From assembly GCA_977016875.1 (NCBI GenBank), contig CDRNST010000241.1, positions 992,001-1,056,000 on the forward strand: DNA of 64,000 nt. The letters are read 5' to 3'. Below, in pieces: positions 12,301 through 25,725 of the stretch; position 1 is the stretch's first letter; each line of letters opens with the position of its first letter. The notes beneath the pieces were generated by a model that ran no database searches, was not told where the DNA came from, and saw only the letters and a program-made list of their open reading frames with translations. Position numbers and translations under genes: made by a program. Source of the stretch: Pavona decussata. Taxonomy: Eukaryota.

Positions 12301-15300
12301 TACTATCTGTCCTCCAAACCTCACTGTCACAGCTTAAATTATACTTGCAAAGTTATGGAGGAAATGAATCCTCATTGATTTCTTTTAAAACTGATCAGCA
12401 TGCCTTTAACAAGTGTCAGTCCTTCCTCCTTCTCATTAAGTTGTCGGCAGAGATTGATATTTGCTGGTTTTGATCCTTTTTCAAGATTTAGAGGTTAATA
12501 TGTTCTTATGCATGCAAAATGTTATCATGGCTCTTTTCAGCTATCTTGAAAATCTATTTGAATGTTGAGCTTTTATTTTAACCATGCATGTTTTTTATGC
12601 AGATTTCGGAGGTGGAGGTTGTTGGAAAAGAGGAGCAAATGACTGCTAAAGATGCACTTCTTCTGTGGGCTAAAAAAGTGACTCAGGGGTATGTCACAGT
12701 TACAACTCATTTCCTGTTGTACCAGTTGGGAGAATCAATCCATGCAGATCTAAGGGTGATGGAATCTAAAAGGGGCACTTTTTGAATTATCCTCATAGCT
12801 AAGGATACCAGGAAAAAATTTGATGGGAAAAGGAACTTCTCGTCAAAGTTTGTACACCCATAGGGAGAAGAGGAAACGAGAGCCACGCCCTCAAATTGAG
12901 ATACTACAGCCCATGAGGGGTGCTTTTCAAAATTTCTGATAAGCAACAGGGCTGTCTGCCCCTGGGATGATTTCCTAATGCCAATAACACATTTTAACAT
13001 AATTGGAGACTTTTTTAGAAAGTGCATTTAAAGGTTAAGTATGGTATGCCAAGTACCAGGACAATCAAAATTTTTGCAATTAATATTGAATTGATGATAC
13101 AACTTTTATATTTTGCTTCAGTTATCCTTCAGTTGAAGTGGAAAACTTCACAAATTCATGGAAAGATGGGTTGGCTTTTAATGCAATCATTCACAGATAC
13201 AGGTCAGTTGATTATCACACTTACACATTTTATCTTATTTTACAGGAACATTTCATTTTTTTTTTTTGAAAAAAAAAAAAAATAAATAACAAAAAACTAA
13301 TAAAAGGAAGTCCTTGTAATTTTTTGTTTGGGTGTGGTCAAGCCATCAAGAGAGATTTTACCTTATCTGATCAGGAATTCCTTAACCTTTGCATCTGATG
13401 GTATCAAAATTGAAATTACATATCCTGTGCAGGATTTCAAGAATTATTTGAATTTGGAACTGGGTGTTGGATGAAGTGTTATTTTTTGTGATCTCAAAAT
13501 GCCTGCACAAGAAGCAAAAATTGCAAGCACAGAAATCTTTATATAATTTTCGAGTTTTTAGATACCATCAATGAAGAGTTAAAGAATGAAAACTATTTTT
13601 TTAGTTTAAGTTACTATTGCAGTACTTGGAGATTCAAGTTCTGCTTAAAGCTCTGCTTATTAAACCATGTAGACGTCCGTGACTTCCTCCTAAACACTGC
13701 AGACACTTAAAGTGTTGACTGTTGATTTTTTGTCGGTAAAAATTCCTCAGACAATATAGTGTTTTGACCTTTTAAAAGCTAATACCACAAGAAGGATAAT
13801 TATGTCGAATCCAAATGATTTACAATGACATTTTAATTGCTCTATGGCTATCCATTAGAGCAAGTTTCGTTGACCTTGAAATGATTCTACCAGAACAAAA
13901 CCCAGACAGCAAACAAACTGCAAAATCAAGCTTTGATTTGTTAAGTGAATTAACAAAAGCAAATGTGTGCACATGACTGTTGGCTGGTTTGACCTATTAC
14001 CCAAGAGCATTTTAGAAATCAATCTTTGACAATTAACACTCCGTTTTCAGCAAATTGATTGTTCAGTGTAATAATGCTTCAGCAATCTGATTTGTCAAGT
14101 GAACAATGTTTGTTACATAATAATGTGTTCTTTAGCGGAATAATGAACAAAACAAGGCCTCGTTTTGATCATTTGTACCAGTGATGGATGAAACAAATAA
14201 CAAACACTTTAGTGGAAACCATATATTTCAAAATGAAATGAAAATTGCTCCATCATTGAACAAAATGTGGAAACTTAAACTGTGTCAGTAGCATAGTCAG
14301 TCAAATAAAGGGAATCTCCACTGTTGCAAGGAATTGATGTTAAGTTGATGGAAACAATGTCCAAATTCCACATTTGTTTGAACACAAGGAAAGAACAAAC
14401 AAAATAAATATAATATGATAACATAATTTTCTATTTTTGCTTTTAAATTTCCCATTCGCCATTGGCTTTTATGACATCATACAGTTCTTTTTTTTCTTAG
14501 GAAGCAGATGTTCTTTGCTGTATTTAATAGTTGGGCAACCATATAACATCATGAAATCCAAATGGTGGTGCATGGGAAAATTAAAAGTGAAATTTAGTGT
14601 TAGTTTAAAATCCTGTTTTGTCCGACTCTGAAGTATGATTTCCAAGTTTCGCAATTGATGGAAATTGAGATAAGATGGTATTCTCAATAATTTAATGTTG
14701 GCCCTTTGTTTCACAAGTGTAGGTGTACTTTAAAATAAATCAATTCGAAGGATTGTTAACATGAATTTCCTGTAATCACCAATGACAGGCCCGATCTTGT
14801 GGACTTTTCCAAGTTAAGCAAATCAAGCCCGGAGCAAAATCTGGAATACTCATTTCATGTTGCGGAGAAAGAACTTGGTGTTCCCAGGCTCCTGGATGTT
14901 GAAGGTACTTGTTAACTATTTTAATTATTTTATTAATAATTTTCCTATCAGGCTCTAGTATCATGATGGCTCATGTTTATCAAGGTGGCTGACTTGCACC
15001 CACTCCCTGGGATGTGAACGTTTCTTCCCACCATTGATGGTTATCAGAATTTTGAGTGGGGAGACCAAAATATTAGACTTACTTTTCAAGTGCTGCATGT
15101 CAGAGCTCCTCCTACATCATGTCATCTTTCTTATGCTAGAACCATATGCTGCCCGTTTTAGGATCGCTGTAGTGTTAGCGGTAGTGTTGTAATCTAGGTA
15201 GCATTTAGAAGTATAATTGTAAGTGGTTTTTATACTGCACGTTTAATTTTTCACGGGGGGTGTATCATTAGAATTCCAAAAGATCAACTGCAACACTCTT

Positions 15301-18300
15301 CTGAAAATACAGTGTAGTGCGATTGTTGCCAATCCTCAACTTTGTTAATGATCAGAAGAATTCCTCACTCAGCTGTCAAATTGTGAATGGCAATCTCAGG
15401 CCCTCTACAGATCTCAATACAGCAGGAATAACTATAAAAATAAATTAATAATATAGTTTGGTATGGAATTGTTCATTTTTTATTCTACATTATTTTTAGC
15501 TCATTCAAAGTAATGTGAATGCCATTAGTGAAGCTCTGACACATGCATAAAATTTTCTCTTTTATTAGATTTGGCCCACACAGACCATCCCCCAGATGAA
15601 AAGTCTATCATGACTTATGTTTCTTCTTTGTATGAAATATTCCCGAAAGAACCTACAGCACAAGAAACATTGCATGATAATGTAAGTAACATTGATGCGA
15701 TAAAAGACACTTCCCAGGTAGTATATTTAAATAGACTTGATAGAGGAGCTACACATGTAAATGCCTCAGAGGACCATGACTGGGAAATGGACAGGGCGGG
15801 GTAGGGACATTTGACAAAGGTTCACCTGGAGCTGGTTTTGTGAAATTACTTTTCTGTGTTAAAGGTTCCACTTTCCATCAGAGTCTTAATCCAGTTATTA
15901 ATTTATAACACCTTTCTTTTGTAGGAAAAGCTGTTTAAGTTTGAAGAATATTGCAACCTGGCAAAGGTACTTGTTGCCAGCATCAAACAAGTTGTGCTCA
16001 GGCTGGAGAAACAAAGGTTTCCAAAAACTGTCCAGGGAATAAAGGTTGGTAAAATACTTTGTCATTTGAATTTGATACTATATACTACAGTGTTGTCGAT
16101 GTCATAACTATAACTCAACCTTATTAACTCTCACATGTAGTAACTGGATAAAGTATTTCTGTTGAAAATATTTTCAGGAGCTGATAGTTGAGTACAATCG
16201 CTATCGCATAAGTGAATTCACCGACATGGAAGCCTCTAGACATTCTCTGAAAATGGTTTTCCGTGAACTCCAGGTAAGTATTGGTTATTATTCTATTGTT
16301 ATAGATGTTAACTGCTCAGTTGAGTTATGCAGAAGATCAATTCTTTTGTTGTTTAAGAAAAATCACTAATTTCATTTTAGAAAGTTGTGGAGGAATCTAG
16401 ATTGTTGCTACCAATATTTGAAGTGACTCAAAAGACATCTCCCTGGTTGCAATTTTGAGTTTATTACTTTTTACCCATGTGCTTTGAGAATTGGCCATTT
16501 CCGAGTTGCTTTGCACCTCATTGTGAAACAGAGGCTTTGTGCATAGTTTTTGCCATGAAATTAAGTTTTCGTTCACATGAAAACAAAATTTATTTTCATA
16601 TGAAAAGCTTTGCACTTGGCCTCGTTTTCGTAATAAGGTTCAAAACAGCTCAGAAATGGCCTATTTAAACATTGCTGTTGTCAAGCAGTGTTATTTAGAA
16701 AATAGTAACATTTCAGTGCAGCTTTTGTTGATCCAGTTCTGATAATTTTGGAATCAAACAGTAATGAATTATTTTCTCACTGTTGTGGAGGCATAGCAGT
16801 TCAGTGTTTAGTGCATTGGATGTCAGATCTGAGGTTGGTCACTTCCTTAAACAAGACACTTTACTCCACACTGTCTTCCTTCACCTGTAGGTCGGTAAAT
16901 AGATACCATCCACATACTGCTGGGGGTAACCATGGGATGGACCAGTAATCAGAGGGGGGGGGGGGGGGGGAGAGGGGGTGGAATGGCAATACTTCCAGTT
17001 TCTTAATGATACAAAAGCCAGGTCAAGCTCTTGTTGTGTAGGTCACCTATAGCTTGGCACTGTATAGTGTATGGTCCTTTGTTGCACCATGTGGGTGACC
17101 TGTGGCTTTTGTACATGCCTTCTGTTTTTTTTCTTACCATCAGGCACTGTATGGTCCCATGGCAACCTGGCTGGAATTTCCGTATGAATGTAGTCCGAGA
17201 GAGTTAGAAGTGGTAAGGATTGTTTGTCCTTTGTGTGCCATAAAAAATTTGACATACAGTGTATGCTTTCTATAGAAGCACTTACAAAATGCCAACTGAT
17301 CAAACAGGGAAATTAGGGACAAACAGGTCATGTGCTTCATGAGGTGCGTGCCAGTCCTCAAGAAGTCTTATTTCAAAGCCAAGGTCCTTGGTTTAGATCT
17401 GTATCCATGGTGGACATGGATGTTGTCATGGCATAACAAAGGTTGGCAGAAGTTTGATATGTTTTCAAGGACAAAAATAGTAAACTATGCAAATCAGTGG
17501 GGGTTGGATGGTGTTGAAAATGAGGAGCCAAGCTCCTTTGATTATGTTCTATGGTGAAGACTTGCTGGGATGGTACTGGTGGTAGTTACTGCAACACTAA
17601 GTGTGGATTAAATCATCGTAATGGAGGATTATAATCAATCCTCAGTTAGATTCTGTTGCTAAGACCTCAATACTAATCTAGATTAAGGAAAGGGTTTAAT
17701 TTCATCCACCCAATAAGGTTGATTTACGTAATTATCAAGGGAATGGAGTTTGTCAAAGCAAGCAAAATGCTTTCAAGAAGCCTCTTTTTATAAATGGATT
17801 AGTTATCCGAGAATGAAGAATAACAAATTTAATCTTGGATTTACTGCCATTTGACGGCTCATTAATTTTAAAATCAGCTTTGTGGGAACCTCTACCATTA
17901 ACAAAATCAACAAAATAATAAGGTACATGTAACCTTACCATGGACAGGCGTCATATTTCTGGTGCATTTTATCACCATTGTCTTTCACAGCACATGCGAA
18001 TTTGTGTTCAAAACATATTATTAAAAAATATGCTTGTTGTCTCCTCACAGTTATGGACAAATCTAGTTGAGATGCAGGATAACTACAACAAATCACTGAG
18101 AATTGAACTTACCAGGTTATCTAATGATCTTGTTCATTTTTTTTTAAACGAGTAGACTGAATACAGTAACTGAAATTTGTTGTTTCTTTATATAAATAAG
18201 AAACCACCAGCAGCTTAGCAAGGTACATCAAGTCTGTCTTTTGGCTTACTAAGTCTTGGTTTGAGAAAATTATTGTTAAATCAGTTCAGTTGTGCAATTT

Positions 18301-21300
18301 TGTAAATGGCATTTCTTGCAATAATAATTGAGTCCCAAATCAGGCACAGTCTTGTGCACATTAAGCTCTTAAATTCACTGTGCGATCAGAGTTCTATTGG
18401 ATGTTCCTAGAAAAATTGGTAAGAGTATTGAAGGATCCCAGATCATATTTCAATTAATTCTAGATCTAAGGTGATTGAAAGGGCTTTTGTTTGTTTTCAG
18501 GGTAATCAGATATTTTTGTGAGGGCAGAAATGCATTCAGTCTTTTATTGAAGCCATTGATCTTTTTAAATCTTATTTTGATTTCTTTAGGCTTGAGCAAA
18601 TGTTTCAGGTAGCAGAAAAGATCCAAAAAGAGGTTGGTACTGGTATTTGAATGATTATTGCACCTGTTAGTTGGTGAACGAGTTTTCTTTCGGTAACGTT
18701 TCGAATATTTTGTGCCTTCATGTGGTTTGTTTCCAAAGCATGAAGATTTTTTGTGACTTCATGCGGTTTGGTTACAAAACATGAAGGTATCACATCTGGC
18801 AACCATTTCAAGATCTCATTGCGTTATTGTTTATTTTGTCGCTAGGCAACCCTTGTTGATGCATCATTGGATGATATTGAGGAGAGGATCAAATCAGTGA
18901 GTAAAATACAAACCAGCTGAACGGACTTCAAAACAAAAAAAAAAGAAGAAAAAAGAAGAGTATTCAGCCGTTTATTGGTCAGGCTATCCCTACAAAATGA
19001 TTAATTATTTTTTGAGAAGCGTCTTATTTCGTTGCCTTCTCCACGTTTTCTTCAGAAGTTGTTTCCAAGTTGAAGTGTCGGCGACTCTGACTCCGGGCTA
19101 AACGATCAAACATTTTCGTCGAACGCCGTGTTTGCACGCAAAACATTCGGGGCTAAACGGGAAAACAGGTCAAACATCGGACAAAGTAACACTTTGTGCA
19201 TTACCGCTGAAATAGTTACGTAACGTGCCACAAATTCCGTCTCTGACTGGTTGATTTTTCCCGCTCAAACAAGCCTTGTTTTTAGAGGTGGTTTACGATC
19301 AAACATTTGTTCGTAACGCAAAATGTTGGATGGAAATGTTTGATCTAAAGCAAACATGGAACCCCATTTAAAGGGAAAGTTGATAGAGACGGCTTAACAG
19401 CAAAATATGTTCTTCCAACACGATTTTGGACAAAACTGTTTGATCGTTTAGCCACGACTTTACATTGATCCCTTGGAATGACATTTTCGAACACATTTTA
19501 GCGTGATCGCTGCTCTTTGCAAGATGCCGTTCACAGGGAGGATATCATCAAGGCTCGCTGGAGTTGTTTGATAAATTTTCAATTTTACCCCGCCCAACCG
19601 GCCCACTTTTACGAGAGAGAGGGCGATTGGAATTGAAACAGTTTAAGGGACGGCCACACAGGGTTACCAGCCACTGAGCAGTGGGTAGTCCTGTTGCATG
19701 CAAAGGTCATTCAATCTCCGAATTGAATTGTAACTCAACTGTAGGTAAAGGATAGAGTAATGCTAGAGTCGACAGTATTCTTAATCAGGGCTATCTCTGC
19801 TAGCTACCCTTTATTAGCCCCCATTGTGCCAGAGGATTCCCATCTAGAAGCTCTCGGCATTTTCACTGACGAAGGATGAGCTCCAAAATTAACCCCTTAA
19901 ATGCTGTCCGTAAGGATTTCTTGTAGAGCCTGATCTACGTACACGAGGGCCCCATGATAATTGAGGAGGAGGAAAATTATTGAACGAGGAGAAAAAGATA
20001 ACTATGCAGGTTTAGAGGATTGGAAAAATTATGGCTTCCTTGTTCAAGTTACGCGTACAACTTCCGCGCTTTGTTGTTTGCTTAGAATCTTTGTTACAAA
20101 TGGATTTTCAACTTTAAACTGATCATCTTTTTGGTTTTCGATCACAGGAGGAGGAAGTTGGTGACACAATAGACCAAGAAACCAGAAGGAAGCACTTCTA
20201 TCAAATCGAAAAGTCCCTGGTGGTAAGTGAAGTTTTGTCGTCAGAGTTTTTGTCACAGTGTCAGTCTGGCTTACCCTATTGCCACTGTATGAATCATCAC
20301 TTCCCGTTGTTCTTATTCTGATTCTAGCCTCGTGGTATTAACAGTTTTTCCTTAAATCCTGTAGATGTTCGAGTCCAGCATAAAACACATGATTTCTGGT
20401 GTAGACATTCTGGTAGCCGGCCGTTATTCCAGAGCTGACGAACTCAGAATCAAGTAAGTTGTTTTGGATACCGTGTAGCACGAAAATTTTGCGGGATTTC
20501 TATTTTGCGGATTGGCGATTTTTTGTGGTTTGCGGGAACAAATTTTTGCGGTTCAAGATGACTGAAATTTCTAACGGGAACTAATTTTTGCGATTCTCTG
20601 TTCAAGCAGCAGAACATTTAAGTAGAAGAAACCTTAACATTTTCAACTTTTGTTGTACGATATGTTGAGTCACAGTTCACTCTACTTACTTATTGGAGAC
20701 ATATCACTGTAATACCTTACTACAACAAAACACTGTTTCATTAATACGGTTTAATAGTACAGGCTACCGTATTTATCTAACCTCTGATTGCTTTTTCCAA
20801 TGGAAAATCATGTTAATGTTCTTGTTTAAGTCGAATGTATATCGCGCCCCAGTGGTACAAGTCTATAAAAAGCGGAGTTTTTAATTTGACTGAAGGGAGT
20901 TGATTTTTACGGCGTTTTATTTTGCGTTTTTTTTTCCTTCGGGAACTAATTTTTTGCGGATCGAGGTCAATCCGCAAAATCCGCAAAAATTAGAACCCGC
21001 AAAATTTTCATGCCACGCGGTTCAGAGATATTGGGAGCCCATTTTTCATGAACACAGGCCTCAAAAGTCTGCAAAGGAGGCCCACTGGGTCCGCATAAGC
21101 TAACTCATGGAATAGTCCTGATTTCGACTGTTTGAATTATCGACAGGGTTGAAAAGGTAATTTGGCCACCCTTACCGTAACAAGATTCGGGTGCTGACGT
21201 TTCGAGTGTTAGCCCTACGAAAATTACCTTGTCAACTCTGCTGATAATTCAAACATTCATTTCTACTCCCCACCGACGCAGCACCACAGTTTCTTTAGTA

Positions 21301-24300
21301 ACTAACCCTCTTATAAATTCTGATTGCTTGTGATATGGTGCCTGTGTTGTCAGGGTTCAGTCCATTGAAAGACGTTGGTCAGAGATGAAAGATCGCCTGG
21401 ATGCACGCTCCACTAAAATGCTCACTTATCAGACGTACAGTACAACAGACGGCAAGAAGATGAAGCTGGAGCTCCCTGTGGAAAAGACGGTTGTATCAAC
21501 AGAAGAAACGACACCAACCACTGATTACCTTGAGGGGGAGGGGGTAAGGACAAGAAGAAAAGTCATTACTATCACAAAGAGGACGTACCGCTCCTCAGGA
21601 GGGACCCCAACAGAAACGAGAACAACTGTTGCTCGCATCATGTCTGCGGAGGGCTTAAATGACGGTAAGTGAATAAAATCTAGAAATAGAAGTTTGGAAC
21701 ACACCAGAAAGTACTGTAATGATTTTATTTAGCGTCCGCAGTCCATTAAACCGTGCACCCCCTTCTAATTTATGATAAGCGAAGATATCTACACATTGCA
21801 GGTTTTTCTGAATCCAGCATAGTTCATGTAGGACTACTCTTGCTTTTCCAAAGATACGGCAATTAAGAGCCACGGATGCATCCTTCTGGCCATTATCCCG
21901 GCAAATAATATCCATGCCTTTTGCGACATGGAAAATGAATTTTTTTCGAAATGTTGTTTGCTTGAGGTATGTTCACAAAGCAACATTTGAGTAAAGATTT
22001 TGAACGAGCTATACATTGAGATAGACAGGCCTTTTTCTTTTCTTATTTCTTCCACTTTCTTTTTTGCTTTTTTTGGCCTTTCACTCGCCATACTTTTCAC
22101 AACGTTTCCACTTGATTTTCGGGAAATGTGAAAATTTTCAATCCAAAGTGCCAATGGAAAAGACAAGTTTCTCTTCGATTTTGTTAGAAAAACTCTCAAG
22201 TTTAATATTGTGTACCTCTCTGTCCCAATTTATTTTATCCTTGTTATTGAGGCATGCTTGGTTGTAAGACTTTTTCCGACTTTACTGGTTGGTTGCCAGA
22301 AACATCTTCTGGCTGTAAAACTGTTGACGTTACAAGGGCCCATGTCTCCTTGAAGGCGGTGTAAGAGTCAGGGAGTTAAAACAGAAATACGCGCCCTGTC
22401 TCCGATAAGGGGCGTCCTCTCTTGTAAGGCGTTACATTCCATCTTTCAGTACTGTATGCGCTGCGTTTTCAACCGAGAGCGCATAAGTGTGTGCGGAATC
22501 TCAGCTTAGATTGCAATGCTATCCCTCTTAAGTTATTTCTAATACAAAAGTTTTTTTTCTCGAACTGCAGACACAGGTGACAGCGGTATTCCGAATGGAG
22601 CCTCGCCCCATGGGCGTAATCAACTGAAATTCAGCGTGGAAACTGGGAACGAGTCTCAGCGTTTGGATGCGATGCTAGCTTGGATAAGAGAAACGAGGGT
22701 ATGGATGAGTAGACCAGCCAGCCATGTGAAATGACTTGTGCAAAGTTTTATTAGAGAAGTATTTTTTGTGATGCTCGACGAAAGATGTTTCTGATGAAGT
22801 TCGAGGGATTTTCCTCCATTGAAAGACATTCAGTGGACATTTTATGTACTTTCGTGCATCTGTTTTTAATACACTATTAAGAAGATAAGTACGTTAATTA
22901 TGATCATCCAGGTGATTGCATTAGTTCTGAGAACACAATGTAACCTCAAACAATCCTTCTCAGGACTATACTCACCCGAATTATCATAATTTATGTACTT
23001 ATGACATGACTCCTGGGTTCAAATCATTTACAGAGAAATATTTTTAATCATAAATCGCGTTTGAACATTTTTGATACGAAGCAGCGTCCTCTAATTTGAT
23101 CAGAAAGATCTTTTGTCATGATATCTTTCAAGTTTCAAGTTTACTCTGGGAAAACTATTTCACTCGGATTTCTTCTGCCTTTATAGTCACGGTTCCTTGC
23201 ACTTGCTTGCTTCGCGTTTTCAAAATAGAGAAACAAACGTGTTCTCCTCCAAGCTAAGAATAAGGTTTATTTTCAGAAGAAGATTCGAATTCCCTAGCTG
23301 CGGCTAAACGAATATTTTGTTTTCTCGAAAAAGATCATCTGAGCCAGTTTGCAAAATTCAACTTTGTATTATCAAATAACTGATAATGCGAAGTCATTTA
23401 CCGAGCAAATTGTATTCACGCCACATATTTGTGGTTTCTTGGCTGAAGGTGTTTCTAAACACTGACTAATAACCTCACAGCAGGTGACCGTTTTATAAGA
23501 ATTTGTATAATTCATTGGGTATTTACATGCTAGCTTTGCGTTTTGGCAAAGATAGTGCAAAGCTATTTACACAACTGCTTTAGGTTTTGGCAAAGACGGA
23601 GACAAACATAAATTTGGCAATGTTTTTGCACGCAATATTGTAAGAATTTTGTTTTTCGGTGGAAGTCAATGCCTATAGGCAACTGTAATGTTTTATGCGG
23701 TGGATGAAGCATAGCTCTCTTGGACGTAAGAGCATTTTCTTGCAAAAACAGGTATTATAATTGACACGATGTTTTGAAAAGGTCTTGGCAAGAATTTAAA
23801 TTAAGGCATATCTGCCTTCAAAGCAAAGCGCATAGCATCTTAGGTCCTCTCGAGTTTACCGTTATAAGTAGCATTTCGCTATAATTAACTAACAACAACT
23901 TAAAACAAATGGTACTAATTGAAGTGCATATATAATCCTTTATCATGCTTGTTAATGATGCACGATACTTATTAACCTACCTGAAGTTTTTCTTTTTTGT
24001 TTTTTGTTATCAAACTGAGTCAGTGTGTTTCGAAGTACGAATTCATATCTCACGGTTCTTTAAATTCTTTTCGGTGTCAGAAATATATTGAAACGGTTAA
24101 AGTTGTTTAAGTTGAAAGTGAAGCATGGGATGTTGATAATTTACACGAAGAAAATGGTTGTCGTGACCGTTAATGATACCGACTTTTTTTTTCAACCAAC
24201 CGCAAGAAGTGCTCATGCTGCGAATTTTAAGGAACAAGCTTGAAAAGTTCATCCTTCTTCTTTCAAATTTAATCACCGCACTGTCCCTTTAGGCAAAGTA

Positions 24301-25691
24301 GTAGTTCAGTTTTCTAGTAAATTGACCCTGCTTGCTGTTTTTCTTTAGGCCGCCATTGAAAAGGAAGAATATGGGCTGGACCTACCATCTGCACAGAGAC
24401 ACCAACAAAACCACCATGTCCAACATGATGCTGTGCTGGCCTTTCAAGACGAACTCAACAAAATCAAGGAGTTGGAGGTGAGATTTGCTGTTTAAGGGGA
24501 GATTACGGTTCAATGCTGTGATTTTGTAATTGAAGGGAACTTAAGCAGCGGCGACGGCAACGCAAGCGGAAACGTCCCTTTAAGTATAACAATTCATATT
24601 GTTCAAACTATTTCGTTATTATTCCAACTCGCAGAGCTTGTACAAAATGACCGAACTATCCACCAGCACTAAATTCGTAAGAACGGCGTTCAAGTTGAAA
24701 ATGAGAATGTAAAATTCACATTTCCCGTTGTTGTTTTCGCAGAGGACGGCAATGAAATGCGTCAAAATGCATAACGTACGTGCAGAGCAATTGTTTTGTG
24801 ACTTTCTCAAAGCCGTCGCTGTTGTTGTTGCTTAAGTTCCCTAATAGGTTTATAATGAAGTAAAACTGAAAAAGTGAGAAAACATTGGGGGAGGGGGTGA
24901 TGAATTTTGGGGAAATTGTGAAAAGTTTACATTGGCACCAAAACAGTCCGCTGACAAGCCGATGTTATCTCGCGTGGTGGCAGACTGTGATGGTGCAAGT
25001 GTTCAAAATTCTTATCCCTCTCTTACTTTCTTTATTAAATCACAGCCTATTTCATAAAAAAATCAACCGTAATTCCCCCGTCTTATCACGCGGTCCAACT
25101 CATCCACATAAATGAAACGAAATGGCGGCGTGATTTGCTTAGAGTACTGATCAGTAGCATCTCATATGCAAAACACCAGTGAACTCTCTCACTTCGTGTA
25201 ACGCAGTATTTGTCACGCAATGCTTATTCGCGCTTGATCCTACGGACACAGGTTGGGAGGGTTGACCACTTACTTTAAGTCTCTTTTGATGCAGGCTGAA
25301 GACAGAGGTCTTAACGAGAAGATCATTGAAATCCACGAAGAATATGCAGCTCTTGTGGTACGTACATTTATATTGCTTCGATCTTAATGTCTTATTATAT
25401 ACCTTTGTAAAAACTCTATTCTGTGGAGCACCTGTAGCCAGCACCCCTATCATCTATTGTATGTATATATTTATATTTTCTGTTGTAATAATAATGGGGT
25501 GAAATAAAGTATTGTTGTTGTTGATCTCAAACCAGGAAAAAATTCTTTAAATCATTATCATTTTTAATTTTAAAATCATAGTATCATTTTCTCTTTTGGC
25601 AGCTGCCTAAGCTGTGTGCCGAACTGCGATGGTTTTCCATGTGTTGAATCTTTACCCCTTTGTTCACTTACGTTATTTGGTATATTCATTT

Positions 25692-25725
<34 letters not shown>

